Below, piece by piece: positions 19,707-31,548 of a DNA stretch of 58,890 bases. The position numbers and the translations under genes are program-made. The first letter of the stretch is position 1; every line of letters begins with the position of its first letter. Origin of the DNA: a virus (lineage: Duplodnaviria; Heunggongvirae; Uroviricota; Caudoviricetes). Under the pieces are notes generated by a model. That model searched no databases, was not told the origin of the DNA, and worked only from the letters and a program-made list of their open reading frames with translations. The stretch lies in the IMG/VR virus record IMGVR_UViG_2526164617_000008; one strand, 5' to 3'.

Positions 19707-22700
19707 TCAACGAATACTGATGCCGGAAGCCGCTTTTTTGGTCACAATCACCGTACAGTCGGTGATATTGCCTGCCCCCTGATTGCCTTTCTGGAAAATC
19801 TTAAACTCCAGAGTGACGCTACCACCACCACTAGGCATATCAATAACTGCACTGTAACTACCGGGAATGGCACCTTTAGTTTCTCTGGATGCGATTAATA
19901 CGCCGTTTTTGCGAACTTCAAAACCATAACCCGTGTATCGCGTGCCTCCTGGGTTATTTCCGCTCCCCGGATCGTCATACGCTATACCGTTAAAAATAAT
20001 GGGCGGAATAATAATCTGGCGGTCAAAGTTATGATCATCGCTTATGGTGACTGTAACCGTCCCGTTTGGTGTTTCCGTGTTACCCCACGTACCAGCCTGT
20101 TTCGGAAATGATTTGGATACAGCTTTAACGAAGTCACCTCTGACCTGAGTCGCCTCCAGCATGCCCTTAATCGTACAGTTTTCATTTACCGTGACATTGT
20201 TGAGCGTCCCGGCGTTCGCATTCACACTGCCACTGATATCCGCATTTTTAGCGGTCAGCTTTCCGTCCGGAGTCAGGGAAAATGCCGATGGATTTCCACC
20301 GCTGGTAATGGTGGGGGCCGTCAGGCGTTTCAGGAACACGTCGTTCATGAATATCTGATCGCCCTGACCAACAAACATCGGTTTTGTGTTGCCATTCGCA
20401 GGATTAACCATCGCAATCCTGTCCGCCGCCAGCAGCACCTGACTCTGCATGCCGTCAGGGGTGTTCTCAATACCGGCACCAATACCCGCGATATAAAGGC
20501 GTCCGTCCTGCATCTGCTGCAGCTTCACAGCCCACATGCTGTTCAGGTTATTATTTGTATCAACCTGAACCTTCTGTATCTGCTGAATTGCCGCACTCTG
20601 GTCTTCCAGTTTCTTATTGACGGTCTGCGTGATTTCATTGCTGACATCCGTAATGGACGTCCTGATTTCAGCCAGGTCAGGCGCAAGCTGACCGTTATCA
20701 ATCTGCGTCCACAGCTCCTGAGCCAGATGGGTTTTCCCTATCTCGCCTTTGAAAAAATCCAGATAACCGGATGCATCATCACTCGGCTGACCAACAGCCT
20801 CCACGAATGCCGATTTGCCAACGGTGTTCACACTGCGGATATAAAAGTAATAATCATGGCCCGGTTTGATATTGATACTGGCGGCTATCCAGTACAGCGC
20901 CGTGCCAAGATAGCGTGCTGTGGTTTCAACCTGCCTGATATCCGCAATCCGCTTTTCCGAGAACCAGAACTCAAACTGTACCGTCGGATCATAAACCGCA
21001 AGATGCGGCGTGGCGGTTATCTGAAAATAGCCCGGCGTCAGCTCAATCCGCGACAGCGCTGCCGGTGCGGCAATCCGGAACGATACCGACGCCGGATCGC
21101 CCTGCTGCCCCCACGCATTTACTGCCCGGACTGTCAGCCTGTAGTTCCCCAGCGCCAGTTGTGTGAAGCGGTAAGTGGTTTCCGTCGTCCGGGCCGTGCT
21201 GACCAGCCGCTCACTGCCGTCATCCGCTGTTACGGTCAGACGGAGCAGGAAGCTCACGCCCTTCACCACCTTCGGCGTGTCCCAGCGCGCCAGCACCTGA
21301 TATTCCCCGCTGTCTGCGGTGACTTCGGCAGTCAGGTGCTGCACCGCTGGCGGCGTGACACCATTCACCGTGCCGCTCTGGTCGCCGTCAAAGTGCGCCC
21401 CGTTATCCACGATGGCTTCTTTTTCCGGCACATGCTGCACGGCGGTGATGGCATACGTGCCGTCGTCGTTCTCACGGATACTCACGCAGCGGAACAATCG
21501 CTGGTGCAGCGTCGGCAGCTTCAGCCCCCACACGCTGTATTCAGCAACACCGTCAGGAACACGGCTCACTTTTACCTTCACGCCGTCGGTGACGGACTGG
21601 ACCTCCACGCTGACCGGATTCCCCTGCCCGTCAACCAGGCTTATCAGCGTGGTGCCGGAGGATGGCAGCGTGATTTCACGGTCGAGCGTCAGCGTCCGGG
21701 TCTGGCTGTTCACCGCCAGCACGCGCCCGCCGGTGCGGATACCGGCATAGTCATCATCGCAGATTTCAATGACATCGCCCGGTACATGACGAAGCCCTTC
21801 AGCACCCACGCTGAAATCCACGGTCTGCGTCTCCAGCAGTTCCGTTTTAATCAGCCACAGCCCGGCGCGGTGTGCCTGCCCCCGGCTGGTACAGCCAAAG
21901 GCATCCATCTTCGTGACGTTACGACCGTAACGGACAATGGCCTGCGTATCCTCCACAAGCTCTGTCGCCGTCTCCCAGCCGTTATCCGGGTCAATCCAGT
22001 TCACCTCAACGGCATTATGGCGGTCTTTCAGGGCGCTGAAACTGTAGCGGAACGGCGCGCCATCATCCGGCATCACCACATTACTGCGGTTATAGGCCCA
22101 CACCTTATCCGACTGTCGGTCCTGCACGAACGTCAGCGTCTGCCCGTTCCATACCGGCATACAGCGCATCGCCGAGCAGAAATCACTGAGCACATCCCAC
22201 GCCTTGCGCTGTGTGGTCAGCCAGGCATTACAGGTGATGCGCGGCTCCGTGCTGCCAAAGCCGTCCGGCACCGACTGGTCACAGTACTGGCCGATGACAT
22301 ACAGCGCCCATTTATCCACATCTGCCGCACCAAGACGTTTCCCCATGCCATAGCGCGGATGGGTCAGCATATCCCACAGACACCAGGCCATGTTGTTGCT
22401 GTATGCCGGTTTTAACGTTCCGTCCCAGATACCGCTGTATTGCCGCGTCTGCGGATTATAGTTCGACGGCACCTGCAGAATGCGCCCGCGAAGATGATAA
22501 TTACGGCTCACCTGCTGGCTGCCGAACTGCTCCGAATCCACCTGTACGCCGACCAGTGCCGTGTTCGGGTAGCACTGTTTCACATCGATGATTTCGGTGT
22601 ATGACGACCAGAGCGTTTTGTTCTGCAGCTGGTCTGTGGTGCTGTCCGGCGTCATTCTGCGCATCCGGATATTAAACGGGCGCGGCGGCAGGTTATCCAC

Positions 22701-23204
22701 CACCACCGAGGCCAGATACTGCGAGGTGGTTTTGCCCTTAATGGTGATGTCTTTTTCCGTCACCCAGCCACCGTTACGCTGTATCTGAACCAGCAGGCGA
22801 ACTTCAGACGGATTCCTGTCTCCCTTTGAGGTGGTTTCCACCAGTGCCTGTACACCGAAGGTAAAACGCAGTCGGTCAATGTTTGCCGACGTGATGGTCC
22901 GGGTGATCGGCGTGTCATATTTCACTTCCGTACCCAGCACCGTCTCGGAGCCGGAGGATTCAAATCCCTCCGGCGGTGACTGCTCCTGCTCACCTGCCCG
23001 GAACACCACCGTGACGCCGGAGATGTTGGTATTCCCCTCACTGTCCAGCACCGGCGTACTGTTCAGCAGCACGCTTTTTAATCCATCCACCGGACCTTCA
23101 ACCGGCCCTTCGCTGATGGCATCGATCACACTCAGCAGCTGCGTGGACTTCAGGTTGTCCTTCGCTTCGCGCGGGGTATGCCCCTTACTGCTGCCTTTAC
23201 CCAT
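19707..23204 (-). CDS. J: Tail tip / host specificity protein J
   Basis: 1165 aa, lambda J-like along its length. Confidence 0.9.
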   Translation of the reverse strand: MGKGSSKGHTPREAKDNLKSTQLLSVIDAISEGPVEGPVDGLKSVLLNSTPVLDSEGNTNISGVTVVFRAGEQEQSPPEGFESSGSETVLGTEVKYDTPITRTITSANIDRLRFTFGVQALVETTSKGDRNPSEVRLLVQIQRNGGWVTEKDITIKGKTTSQYLASVVVDNLPPRPFNIRMRRMTPDSTTDQLQNKTLWSSYTEIIDVKQCYPNTALVGVQVDSEQFGSQQVSRNYHLRGRILQVPSNYNPQTRQYSGIWDGTLKPAYSNNMAWCLWDMLTHPRYGMGKRLGAADVDKWALYVIGQYCDQSVPDGFGSTEPRITCNAWLTTQRKAWDVLSDFCSAMRCMPVWNGQTLTFVQDRQSDKVWAYNRSNVVMPDDGAPFRYSFSALKDRHNAVEVNWIDPDNGWETATELVEDTQAIVRYGRNVTKMDAFGCTSRGQAHRAGLWLIKTELLETQTVDFSVGAEGLRHVPGDVIEICDDDYAGIRTGGRVLAVNSQTRTLTLDREITLPSSGTTLISLVDGQGNPVSVEVQSVTDGVKVKVSRVPDGVAEYSVWGLKLPTLHQRLFRCVSIRENDDGTYAITAVQHVPEKEAIVDNGAHFDGDQSGTVNGVTPPAVQHLTAEVTADSGEYQVLARWDTPKVVKGVSFLLRLTVTADDGSERLVSTARTTETTYRFTQLALGNYRLTVRAVNAWGQQGDPASVSFRIAAPAALSRIELTPGYFQITATPHLAVYDPTVQFEFWFSEKRIADIRQVETTARYLGTALYWIAASINIKPGHDYYFYIRSVNTVGKSAFVEAVGQPSDDASGYLDFFKGEIGKTHLAQELWTQIDNGQLAPDLAEIRTSITDVSNEITQTVNKKLEDQSAAIQQIQKVQVDTNNNLNSMWAVKLQQMQDGRLYIAGIGAGIENTPDGMQSQVLLAADRIAMVNPANGNTKPMFVGQGDQIFMNDVFLKRLTAPTITSGGNPSAFSLTPDGKLTAKNADISGSVNANAGTLNNVTVNENCTIKGMLEATQVRGDFVKAVSKSFPKQAGTWGNTETPNGTVTVTISDDHNFDRQIIIPPIIFNGIAYDDPGSGNNPGGTRYTGYGFEVRKNGVLIASRETKGAIPGSYSAVIDMPSGGGSVTLEFKIFQKGNQGAGNITDCTVIVTKKAASGISIR

Positions 23205-23264
23205 TCGTCATGCTCCATAAACGATAAAACCGCCCGGAGGCGATTTCACATAAAACATTTTGCA

Positions 23265-23936
23265 TCAGCGACCAATCACCACAACCTGACCACCGTCCCC
23301 TTCGTCTGCCGTGCTGATCTCCTGAGATACCACACGTGACCCCACGCGCATTTCACCATACAGAACAGGCATAACATTGCCCTGGGCAACCATGTTATCC
23401 AGTGAGGAGAAATAGATGTTCTGCTTACCGTTATCCGTTGTCTGTGTGCGGGGAGTTCTGGCTTTCGGTGCCAGCATCTGAGCCACACCGCCGAGCACCA
23501 TACTGGCACCGAGAGAAAACAGAATGCCGGTCATACCACCGGCACCAATGGCAGCCCCCCATGCTGCAAGGGTGGCTCCGGCGGTAAAGAATGATCCGGC
23601 AATGGCGGCTGCTCCCAGGACAATCTGGAATACACCACCTGACTTGGCCCCGGCGACTCTGGGAACAATATGAATCACAGCGCCGTCAGGCAGAGCCTCA
23701 TGTAACTGCGCCGTTAATCCGGACGTGCTAACATCCTGCCCGGCAATACGCACCTGATACCAGCCGTCGCTCAGCTTCTGACGAAACGCAGGGAGCTGTG
23801 TGGCCATCGCCCGGATGGCTTCGGCACCCGTTTTCACACGAAGGTCGATGCGGCGGCCAAATCGTTGCAAATCCCCGTAAAGGCAGATGCGTGCCATGCC
23901 CGGTGACGCCAGAGGGAGTGTGTGCGTCGCTGCCAT
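23265..23936 (-). CDS. I: Tail assembly protein I
   Basis: 223 aa, MAATHTLPLASPGMARICLYGDLQRFG, lambda I-like. Confidence 0.85.
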   Translation of the reverse strand: MAATHTLPLASPGMARICLYGDLQRFGRRIDLRVKTGAEAIRAMATQLPAFRQKLSDGWYQVRIAGQDVSTSGLTAQLHEALPDGAVIHIVPRVAGAKSGGVFQIVLGAAAIAGSFFTAGATLAAWGAAIGAGGMTGILFSLGASMVLGGVAQMLAPKARTPRTQTTDNGKQNIYFSSLDNMVAQGNVMPVLYGEMRVGSRVVSQEISTADEGDGGQVVVIGR

Positions 23937-24577
23937 TTGTCGGTATACCTCTCTCGTTTGCTCAGTTGTTCAGGAATATGGTGCAGCAGCTCGCCGTCAC
24001 CACAGTAAATGGCGGCATGATTCGGCACCGATGAACCAAAACAGCACAGCAGCACATCGCCCGGCTGCGCCGCTGACAACGGCACCTGATACAGCCCTGT
24101 GGCCTCCAGATTATCCAGATAGAGATTCTGACCGTGACGCCACCAGTCATCCTCACGATGAAAATCCGGCATCTCAATCCCCGCCAGATGGTAAGCATCC
24201 CGGAACAGCGTGTAACAGTCCGTCACCCCGTGCTCAAAGCGCCGCCCGGTAAGATGTGGCACACAGCGGAACTTGTGAATCGCCCCCCGGCAGACCAGCC
24301 ACCACGGCAAATCACTCTGCACCTGCAGCCGCCGGTCGGCCTCACTCAGCCAGGGCAGACCACCGGGGTGGCTGTGGACCAGTGCCACAATCTCACCCTG
24401 CATCTCTGCCTGCAGCCAGTCTTCCGGCGACATACGGAAATACGCCTCCGGCTCACCGGAGATATTCACGCAGGGGAAATATCTTTCCCCCTCCGGCGTT
24501 CTTACCACGAAGCCGCACGACTCCGCTGGAGCACATCGCCGGGCGTGCGCCAGAATCGCTGATTCTGTCTCTGTCAT
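23834..24577 (-). CDS. K: Tail assembly protein K (MPN and NlpC/P60 domains)
   Basis: MTETESAILAHARRCAPAESCGFVV...; 3' end overlaps I. Confidence 0.85.
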   Translation of the reverse strand: MTETESAILAHARRCAPAESCGFVVRTPEGERYFPCVNISGEPEAYFRMSPEDWLQAEMQGEIVALVHSHPGGLPWLSEADRRLQVQSDLPWWLVCRGAIHKFRCVPHLTGRRFEHGVTDCYTLFRDAYHLAGIEMPDFHREDDWWRHGQNLYLDNLEATGLYQVPLSAAQPGDVLLCCFGSSVPNHAAIYCGDGELLHHIPEQLSKRERYTDKWQRRTHSLWRHRAWHASAFTGICNDLAAASTFV

Positions 24578-24582
24578 GGGAT

Positions 24583-25281
24583 TTACTGCGAAAGTTTGTT
24601 AATGGAAAGGAAGCCGCCAAAGTTGCCGACGTTATTGCGAAACTTACAGCCACTCAGGCATTTGCTGCATTTATCCTTCGTGATGTCGGACGTTGGCTGG
24701 TCATATTCATCCGCGACCGCCGGACCGTGATAACCGCACTCATCGCCGCGATAGGTCCAGGTGCAGGTGTTGGCCAGCATGATACGTCCCGGAAAAACAG
24801 CGCCATCTGTTTCCGTCGGCGTGGACAGTACAAAAGAGGCACTCACCGCGCTCAGTTCGCTGCACTGCTCAATGCGCCAGCGGCTGATCACCTCCTGCTC
24901 CGGATCGGCGTCACTGTTTCCGTTGACGAAGTTCACCGCATCCAGAAAACGGGCGTAAACCTTACGCCGGACCACCGTTCCGCCGACCAGACTCTGTAGA
25001 TCTTCCGCCATCCCGGTGACCATACCGTACAGGTTAGAAACCATCAGCGTGGGGCGCGTACTGGTGCCTTTGCCATTCAGTTCAAAACCACTCCCCTGAA
25101 TGGGATACGGCTGATACTGTCGCCCCTGCCAGGTGACCGGCTCACCTTTTTCGTTCTGCTCATTACAGAAAAAATAACGTTCTCCACCGACCTCTGTCAG
25201 ATCGATTTCCCAGAGCACCACGCTGGCCGACTGCTCCGCACGGGTGCATTCATTCAGTGTTTCCTGCCGGATATCCTGCAT
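24583..25281 (-). CDS. L: Minor tail protein L
   Basis: 232 aa, lambda L-like. Confidence 0.9.
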   Translation of the reverse strand: MQDIRQETLNECTRAEQSASVVLWEIDLTEVGGERYFFCNEQNEKGEPVTWQGRQYQPYPIQGSGFELNGKGTSTRPTLMVSNLYGMVTGMAEDLQSLVGGTVVRRKVYARFLDAVNFVNGNSDADPEQEVISRWRIEQCSELSAVSASFVLSTPTETDGAVFPGRIMLANTCTWTYRGDECGYHGPAVADEYDQPTSDITKDKCSKCLSGCKFRNNVGNFGGFLSINKLSQ

Positions 25282-25610
25282 CAGTTCACCACCTGTTCAA
25301 ACTCTGCGCTGAACTCAACACGCAGCATACTGACCCGCGACGACCATTTTGCGCAGGTCACCTTTATCTGCCGCCACTCATAAGGCGGCGTCCACAGAAA
25401 GGCTTTCCAGCCCCCGTGCTCTTCCAGAAACGACTCCAGTACCATGGCCTCCTCACGGGGGACAGAAAGCGTCACGCTGTACGTTTTCAGGTTGGCATTC
25501 AGCCCGGCAGGCGCTCGCTGGGAATAGCCATCACCAAAGCGCACCTTTCTTACAGAAGGGGCCGAAGCCACATCCATACCGGGTTTCACTTTCCAGCGGA
25601 AGGTTTTCAT
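25281..25610 (-). CDS. M: Minor tail protein M
   Basis: 109 aa, lambda M-like. Confidence 0.9.
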   Translation of the reverse strand: MKTFRWKVKPGMDVASAPSVRKVRFGDGYSQRAPAGLNANLKTYSVTLSVPREEAMVLESFLEEHGGWKAFLWTPPYEWRQIKVTCAKWSSRVSMLRVEFSAEFEQVVN

Positions 25611-28167
25611 CGTCCACCTCCGGAGAACAGGCCACCATCACGCATCTGTGTCTGAATTTCATCACGGGCACCCTTGCGGGCCATGTCATACACGGCCTTC
25701 ATCATCTGTGGACCTGGCAGACCATTCGTACCGTCGTTCTGAATCACCACGTGATTGTTCTGATTAAAATTAATGCCTTCAGCCCGCCGCATCTGCGCCG
25801 GACTTCCGGCACCGCCCACATAACCACCTTCCGCATAGCCGCGCATCAGCCGGTAGAGATTCCCCACGCCAATCCGGCTGGTTGCCTCCTTCGTGAAGAC
25901 AAATTCACCACGGTGAACAATCCCCGCTGGCTCATATTTGCCGCCGGTTCCCGTAAATCCCCCGGTTGCAAAATGGAATTTCGCCGCAGCGGCCTGAATG
26001 GCTGTACCACCTGACGCGGATGCGCCGCCACCAACAGCCCCGCCAATGGCGCTGCCGATACTCCCGACAATCCCCACCATTGCCTGCTTAAGCAGAATTT
26101 CTGTCATCATGGACAGCACGGAGCGGGTGAAGCTGCGCCAGTTCTGTTCACTGCCGGTCAGCATCGCCGCCATATTCTGTGCAATACCATCAAAGGTCTG
26201 CGTGGCTGCACTTTTAACCTGTGACATACTGTCCGTGGCGCTCTCTTCCCACTCACTCCAGCCGGACTTCAGGCCTGCCATCCAGCTCCCGCGAAGCTGG
26301 TCTTCAGCCGCCCAGGTCTTTTTCTGCTCTGACATGACGTTATTCAGCGCCAGAGGATTATCGCCATACTGTTCCTTCAGGCGCTGTTCCGTGGCTTCCC
26401 GCGCTGCCTGCCGGTCAGTCAGCCCCCGGTTTTTCGCATCAATGGCTGCCCGTTTTGCCCGTTGCTGCTGTGCGAATTTATCCGCCTGCTGCGCCAGCGC
26501 ATTCAGGTGCTCCTGATACGTAACCTTGTCACCAAGTGCAGCCAGCTGGCGTTTGTACTCCAGCGTCTCGTCTTTATGCGCCAGCAGGGATTTCTCCTGT
26601 GCGGACAGCTGGCGACGTTGTGCCGCCTCCTCCAGTACCGCGAACTGACTTTCTGCCTTCCACAAATCCCGGCGCTGCTGGCTGATTTTCTCATTCGCTC
26701 CGGCATGCTTCTCCAGCGTCCGGAGTTCTGCCTGAAGCGTCAGCAGGGCCGCATGAGCACTGTCTTCCTGACGATCGCCCGCATACACCTTCACGCCGGA
26801 CTGTTTCGGCTTTTTCAGCGTCGCTTCATAATCCTTTTTCGCCGCCGCCATCAGCGTGTTGTAATCTGCCTGCAGGATTTTTCCGTCTTTCAGTGCCTTG
26901 TTCAGTTCTTCCTGACGGGCGGTATATTTCTCCAGCGGCGTCTGCAGCCGTTCGTAAGCCTTCTGCGCCTCTTCGGTATATTTCAGCCGTGACGCTTCGG
27001 TATCGCTCTGCTGCTGCGCATTTTTGTCCTGTTGACGCTGTTGATCTACCCTCTTTTGGGCTGCATCCCGCTCCAGGCGTTTTTTTCACGATCATCCCAG
27101 TAACGCGCCCGTGCTTCATCGTTAACGAAATAATCATCCTTGCGCAGATTCCAGATGTCGTCTGCTTTCTTAAACGCAGCCTCTGCCTTAATCAGCATCT
27201 CCTGCGCGGTATCAGGACGACCAATATCCAGCACCGCATCCCACATGGATTTGAATGCACGTGCAGTCCTGTCTGCCCAGGTCTCCAGCGTGCCCATGTT
27301 CTCTTTCAGGCGGCGGGTCTGGTCATCAAACCCTTTCGTTGCGGCCTCGTTCGCCGCCTGCAATGCCCCGGCTTCATCGCCGGAACGCTGCAACTGAGCA
27401 ACATACGCAATCTGCTCCGCCGTCACGTTATGGAACTGGCGTGCCATCGCCGTCAGCCCCGACGTCGGGTCTGTGGTCAGCTTCCCGAAGGCTTCAGCGA
27501 CCTTGTCCACCTCCACGCCGGATGCAGAGGAGAAACGCGCCACACTCTGGCTGATGGACGCAATCTGAGCCTCACCGCTTACCCCCGCCTTAACCAGTGC
27601 GCTGAGTGACTCGCTGGTCTGGTTAAACGTCAGCCCTGCCGCCTGCCCGGCTCTGGACAGGACCAGCATACGATCTGCCGTCAGTCCCGCCTGATTACCG
27701 GAAAGGACCAGCGTTTTGTTGAAATCGGACAGGGTTGAGTTGCCCTGATACCAGGCATACGCCAGCGCACCGGTCGCCACCGCCAGCGAGGTGGCCCCCA
27801 CCATCGGCAGGGTGATCGCGCCGGCAAGCCCCCTGAACATGGGGATCATCCCGCCGAAGGAGTCCTTAACCTGACCACCCTGTTGCAGCAGGATCAGCCA
27901 GGGATTCTGCCCCCCTGCAAGCTGCGTGGCCACGTCGGTGAACTGTGCAGGCAGCATACGCATGGCGGCTTTATACTGCCCGACGGAAATCCCCGCTTTC
28001 TGTGCAGCCAGCGCCTGTCGGCTCAGCGACTGTTCAACGACTGCCGCTGTTTTTTTCGCATCACTTTCCGTACCGGAAAAATGACGCCTGACTCTGGCCA
28101 TCTGCTCGTCAAATCTGGCCGCATCCAGACTCAAATCAACGACCAGATCGCCTACCGGTTCAGCCAT
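25607..28167 (-). pseudogene. H: Tail tape measure protein H, split by a frameshift in an A7 homopolymer
   Basis: N-part (27046-28167) and C-part (from about 27085 down to 25607) are in different frames and together give about 854 codons; switch at coding-strand A7 run (plus 27079-27085). Confidence 0.8.
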
Positions 28168-28594
28168 ACCGGACTCCTCCTGCGATCCCTTCTGATACTG
28201 TCATCAGCATTACGTCATCCTCCGTCATGTCCGCCACATCCGGGGAAGCGGGGATAACTTCATTCCCGTCCGGGCCAAAGCGGACACCTCCGGCAAGCCC
28301 TGCCGCTTTCTGCATCAGCACATCATCTTCAGGCTCTTCGTCAGCCTCGCGCCGGTTCAGCAGACTGAAATCCAGCGGATGCATCTCCGGATCGCTGAAA
28401 AACAGGCTGAGCACGGTGTACGTCAGCCCGGAAAAGTGCATATCCAGCAGAACATCATGAAAATAATGGGTACTGTAAAAGCGGTGCCAGTCGGCATACT
28501 CCGTGGATGACATCCCGGCAAGCATGGCGCGCCAGTCGGGTCGCCCCATCTCACGCGCCAGTTTCAGGGCAAAACTCAGCTCACCGTCGAACAC
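28160..28594 (-). CDS. T: Tail assembly chaperone T frame (expressed as G-T fusion by -1 frameshift)
   Basis: 144-aa frame overlapping the 3' end of G. Confidence 0.8.
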   Translation of the reverse strand: MFDGELSFALKLAREMGRPDWRAMLAGMSSTEYADWHRFYSTHYFHDVLLDMHFSGLTYTVLSLFFSDPEMHPLDFSLLNRREADEEPEDDVLMQKAAGLAGGVRFGPDGNEVIPASPDVADMTEDDVMLMTVSEGIAGGVRYG

Positions 28595-28998
28595 TTTCCC
28601 GCAGAAACAGGCTCTGCAGGCCCGGCGTCCTCTGCCTGTTCAGGAGCATCATTCACCACAAACTCATACATACCGGACAGCCGGTACACCACGTTTTCAG
28701 CATGAGAAATTGCCTCTGTGGGCCAGGTGGTAAGCACTTCCTGCTCAATCTGTTTAACGGCTTCATTCATGGACGGCATCTGCGTCTTCTTCGGATGGTT
28801 ATGCCACAGGGACATCGCAACCACAAAAGCGCCGGTTCTGATGGCGTCTTCCACAGTAAACTTCCGGTTGCTGTCTGACTCCGCCTGTTCTGCCTGCCGT
28901 TTCATCAGGTCGAGATGCTCAATACGCTGCAGGGCTGACAGTTCAGAAAGCGTGACGGTCACACCGTTATGTTCAAATGATTCGGTTTTCAGGAACAT
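28576..28998 (-). CDS. G: Tail assembly chaperone G
   Basis: 140 aa, lambda G-like, ends ...SAGKCSTVS. Confidence 0.85.
   Translation of the reverse strand: MFLKTESFEHNGVTVTLSELSALQRIEHLDLMKRQAEQAESDSNRKFTVEDAIRTGAFVVAMSLWHNHPKKTQMPSMNEAVKQIEQEVLTTWPTEAISHAENVVYRLSGMYEFVVNDAPEQAEDAGPAEPVSAGKCSTVS
28594..28600 (-). promoter_or_regulatory. Programmed -1 ribosomal frameshift slippery heptamer GGGAAAG (G to G-T)
   Basis: Minus-strand G GGA AAG at the G/T overlap, as in lambda. Confidence 0.6.
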
Positions 28999-29013
28999 CG
29001 CTGACTCTCCGGA

Positions 29014-29754
29014 TTAACTGGCGGTGACGTTGATTTCTGCAACCGCAGCAAACTCACCATTACCAGATACGACCGGAATGTTGACCTTGCCTGCAGCAAC
29101 ACCTTTCACGGTGATGGTCATACCACTGACCGACACGGTGGCTTTTGTTTTATCCGCAGACACCGCACGGAAGCTCTTGTCGGTTGCGCCATCCGGCTGG
29201 AATGCCACGGTCAGCGTGGTGCTCTGCCCTTTCACTACGGAAGCACTGGCGGGTGTCACCGTCATGCCGGTCGTCGCCGTCACCGTGCTGCGATCTTCTG
29301 CCATCGACGGACGTCCCACATTGGTGACCTTCACCGTGCGGGTAATCACCTCCTTCGCCGTCACCGCCTTACCGATACTGCTGACCCAGCCACGGAACAC
29401 ATCGACCGTGCCGTTCGGGAAGCGGATTTTATAGGCACGGGTATCACCTTCATTAAACCACGCCAGCAGCGCCTGCTGCCCCTGCTCTCCGGGCATCCAC
29501 GCCAGCGTGAAGCTGGTATCTCCGGCAGATTTCTGCCCCTGCCCGGTCGCAGTCCAGTCTGCATCTTCATCATCGAGATAGCTGTCGTCATAGGACTCAG
29601 CGGTCAGTTCGCCGGGCGTCAGGTCTTTAACTTTTGCCAGACGCGACCAGTCAACGTCTGAAAGCGGGTTCGCATAAGGGTCACCGCTCCCCTTATAAAC
29701 CCACAGGGTGGTCCCGGCACCTTTCACCGGCATTGTAGGATTTGGTACAGGCAT
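29014..29754 (-). CDS. V: Major tail protein V
   Basis: Start taken at [14 protein letters not shown] (246 aa); ORF track extends 10 codons upstream. Confidence 0.9.
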   Translation of the reverse strand: MPVPNPTMPVKGAGTTLWVYKGSGDPYANPLSDVDWSRLAKVKDLTPGELTAESYDDSYLDDEDADWTATGQGQKSAGDTSFTLAWMPGEQGQQALLAWFNEGDTRAYKIRFPNGTVDVFRGWVSSIGKAVTAKEVITRTVKVTNVGRPSMAEDRSTVTATTGMTVTPASASVVKGQSTTLTVAFQPDGATDKSFRAVSADKTKATVSVSGMTITVKGVAAGKVNIPVVSGNGEFAAVAEINVTAS

Positions 29755-29761
29755 AGCGTCC

Positions 29762-30157
29762 TCACATTTCATAGATAATGACATAAGTCAGATCGGCTGA
29801 ACTCCACAGGCCCGCATCATCGTCGCGCCGGTAGTCATAGCCGCTGGCCACCATACTGGTGATCAAATCTGACAGTGCCGGGATATCGCTCATCACCGGA
29901 TAAATCCGGGACTCCATCCACGAATCCAGCTCTGAATCCGGCACCTGAGCAGGCAGGAAAACTTCAATATGCAGCTCCGCCTGCCAGGTATCGCTGTCCA
30001 GCTCTTCGCCCGTGTATTCAGCGCCGGTGAGATAAACGGCAATTGCCGGAAAATCTTCCTCATCAAAAACAGCGGGGCGACCATCAAAAAGCGTCGCCCC
30101 GGTGTCATGCTTCTCCAGTGCATCCAGTACGGCTGCACGGAGTTCAGTATGTTTCAT
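29762..30157 (-). CDS. U: Tail terminator protein U
   Basis: 131 aa, lambda U-like. Confidence 0.9.
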   Translation of the reverse strand: MKHTELRAAVLDALEKHDTGATLFDGRPAVFDEEDFPAIAVYLTGAEYTGEELDSDTWQAELHIEVFLPAQVPDSELDSWMESRIYPVMSDIPALSDLITSMVASGYDYRRDDDAGLWSSADLTYVIIYEM

Positions 30158-30732
30158 CGCTTTATTACCATTCTCAGTTGATGCTGCAGCGCATAGCCCA
30201 GCTCTTTCGGAAGACGTTCACGCCGTATCCGTTCAATATTCTGTTTAAACGCCGTGGTCAGCGGCACCGCCATCGGGATTTTCACCACATCAATGGGGTA
30301 ACGGTTTTTCCCGGCCACACGCTGCATAACATGCCACCGGCCGTTTTTCAGTTGCTGAATAAACGCGCCGGGAATACGACGGTTACCCACCACAAGCACG
30401 CTGCCGCCACCTTTCAGGGATGAACGCTGCCCCTTTTTATGACGCCTGCGGCGGGACAGGACAACCCGCGCATTACCCAGCTTGATTACGGGCAAATCCC
30501 CCCGGTTAACTTTGATTCTGGCCTGCGGATTTTTGACCGTGGCCCTTTTCAGCCTGGCCCTTTCCTTTACCAGTTTCCGGCGTACCTTTGTCTCACGGGC
30601 AACCTGTGACGCAGACTGCGATATCGCGGATGAAGCAACGCGGTTAATGGCCATTGCGGCGGCACCGGGCACCGCCGTTTTGCTGATACGGCTGAGGTTT
30701 TCAACGGCCTGCTCAAGACCTTTTATGGCCAT
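30154..30732 (-). CDS. Z: Tail completion protein Z
   Basis: 192 aa, lambda Z-like. Confidence 0.9.
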   Translation of the reverse strand: MAIKGLEQAVENLSRISKTAVPGAAAMAINRVASSAISQSASQVARETKVRRKLVKERARLKRATVKNPQARIKVNRGDLPVIKLGNARVVLSRRRRHKKGQRSSLKGGGSVLVVGNRRIPGAFIQQLKNGRWHVMQRVAGKNRYPIDVVKIPMAVPLTTAFKQNIERIRRERLPKELGYALQHQLRMVIKR

Positions 30733-30743
30733 ACATCCCCCTT

Positions 30744-31097
30744 TCAGCGGCGACGGTTAACGGCAGGCGGTACGCCCCGTCCAAGCCAGAGATGACAACT
30801 TCCGCCATCATCCGGCGAAACCCGATCTACCCAGAAATTTTCCTCACCGATGGTCAGCGTGTCTCCACGCCGCAGCTGCCGCACCTCATCAGTCCGGACA
30901 AACAGGGACGGGCTGGAGCCTTCAACGCGCACGCCCTGTCCGGCATAGCTGATATTTTCAGGGTCATCAAAAACACCACGTATCACCGCACCTGACTGCT
31001 CACCGGATGTCATGGTGGCTGACGTTCCCATGTACCCGCGTATCGTTTCATCGGCGCGGGCAATGGCAGCATCGAACAGGTTATCGAAATCAGCCAC
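30744..31097 (-). CDS. FII: Head-tail connector protein FII
   Basis: 117 aa, lambda FII-like. Confidence 0.9.
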   Translation of the reverse strand: MADFDNLFDAAIARADETIRGYMGTSATMTSGEQSGAVIRGVFDDPENISYAGQGVRVEGSSPSLFVRTDEVRQLRRGDTLTIGEENFWVDRVSPDDGGSCHLWLGRGVPPAVNRRR

Positions 31098-31108
31098 AGC
31101 GCCTCCCG

Positions 31109-31507
31109 TTATTGCATTCTGGCCAGGCCGCGCTCTGTCATTTCGGCTGCCACACCGGCAGAGACACGAAACGCCGTTCCCGGCAGCACAAATGCCACAG
31201 GTTTATCCCGCGTGGCGTGAAGTGCATCAGTATGCAGCGTCACCAGTGCCACGACCGTGACCAGTTCAGCCGTATCCTGAATCACGGTATCCGGCTGCGC
31301 TGATACCACCTCATTTTCATGCCCGGTCAGCACATTTTCCCGGCTGAGAGGGGTGTCCTGACCGGCAGTTTCATCCGTGTCATCAAGCTCTTCTTCCAGC
31401 TCTGCCACACGAAGCGCCAGTTCTTCTTTCGTTCCCGTCAAACTGACATCGCGGTTCAATTGCTCACCCAGCTCCTGAAGACGGGCAATCAGTTCATCTT
31501 TCGTCAT
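31109..31507 (-). CDS. FI: DNA packaging protein FI
   Basis: Start taken at MTKDELIARL (132 aa). Confidence 0.85.
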   Translation of the reverse strand: MTKDELIARLQELGEQLNRDVSLTGTKEELALRVAELEEELDDTDETAGQDTPLSRENVLTGHENEVVSAQPDTVIQDTAELVTVVALVTLHTDALHATRDKPVAFVLPGTAFRVSAGVAAEMTERGLARMQ

Positions 31508-31548
31508 GAACTCCTCCACAGAGAGAAAATGGCCCCGAAGGGCCATGA

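Noticed and set aside
20727-22415. 562-aa plus-strand ORF antisense to J
   Set aside because: Shadow ORF in a GC-rich gene; Arg-rich, no start context, fully inside a well-supported CDS.
23834-23936. K/I 103-bp overlap as evidence of a frameshift in K
   Set aside because: Both products look full-length with intact domains; my recollection of lambda K length is too uncertain to call a defect.
26826-27137. 103-aa ORF spanning the H frameshift region
   Set aside because: Third frame across the H junction; the real H frames are the other two.
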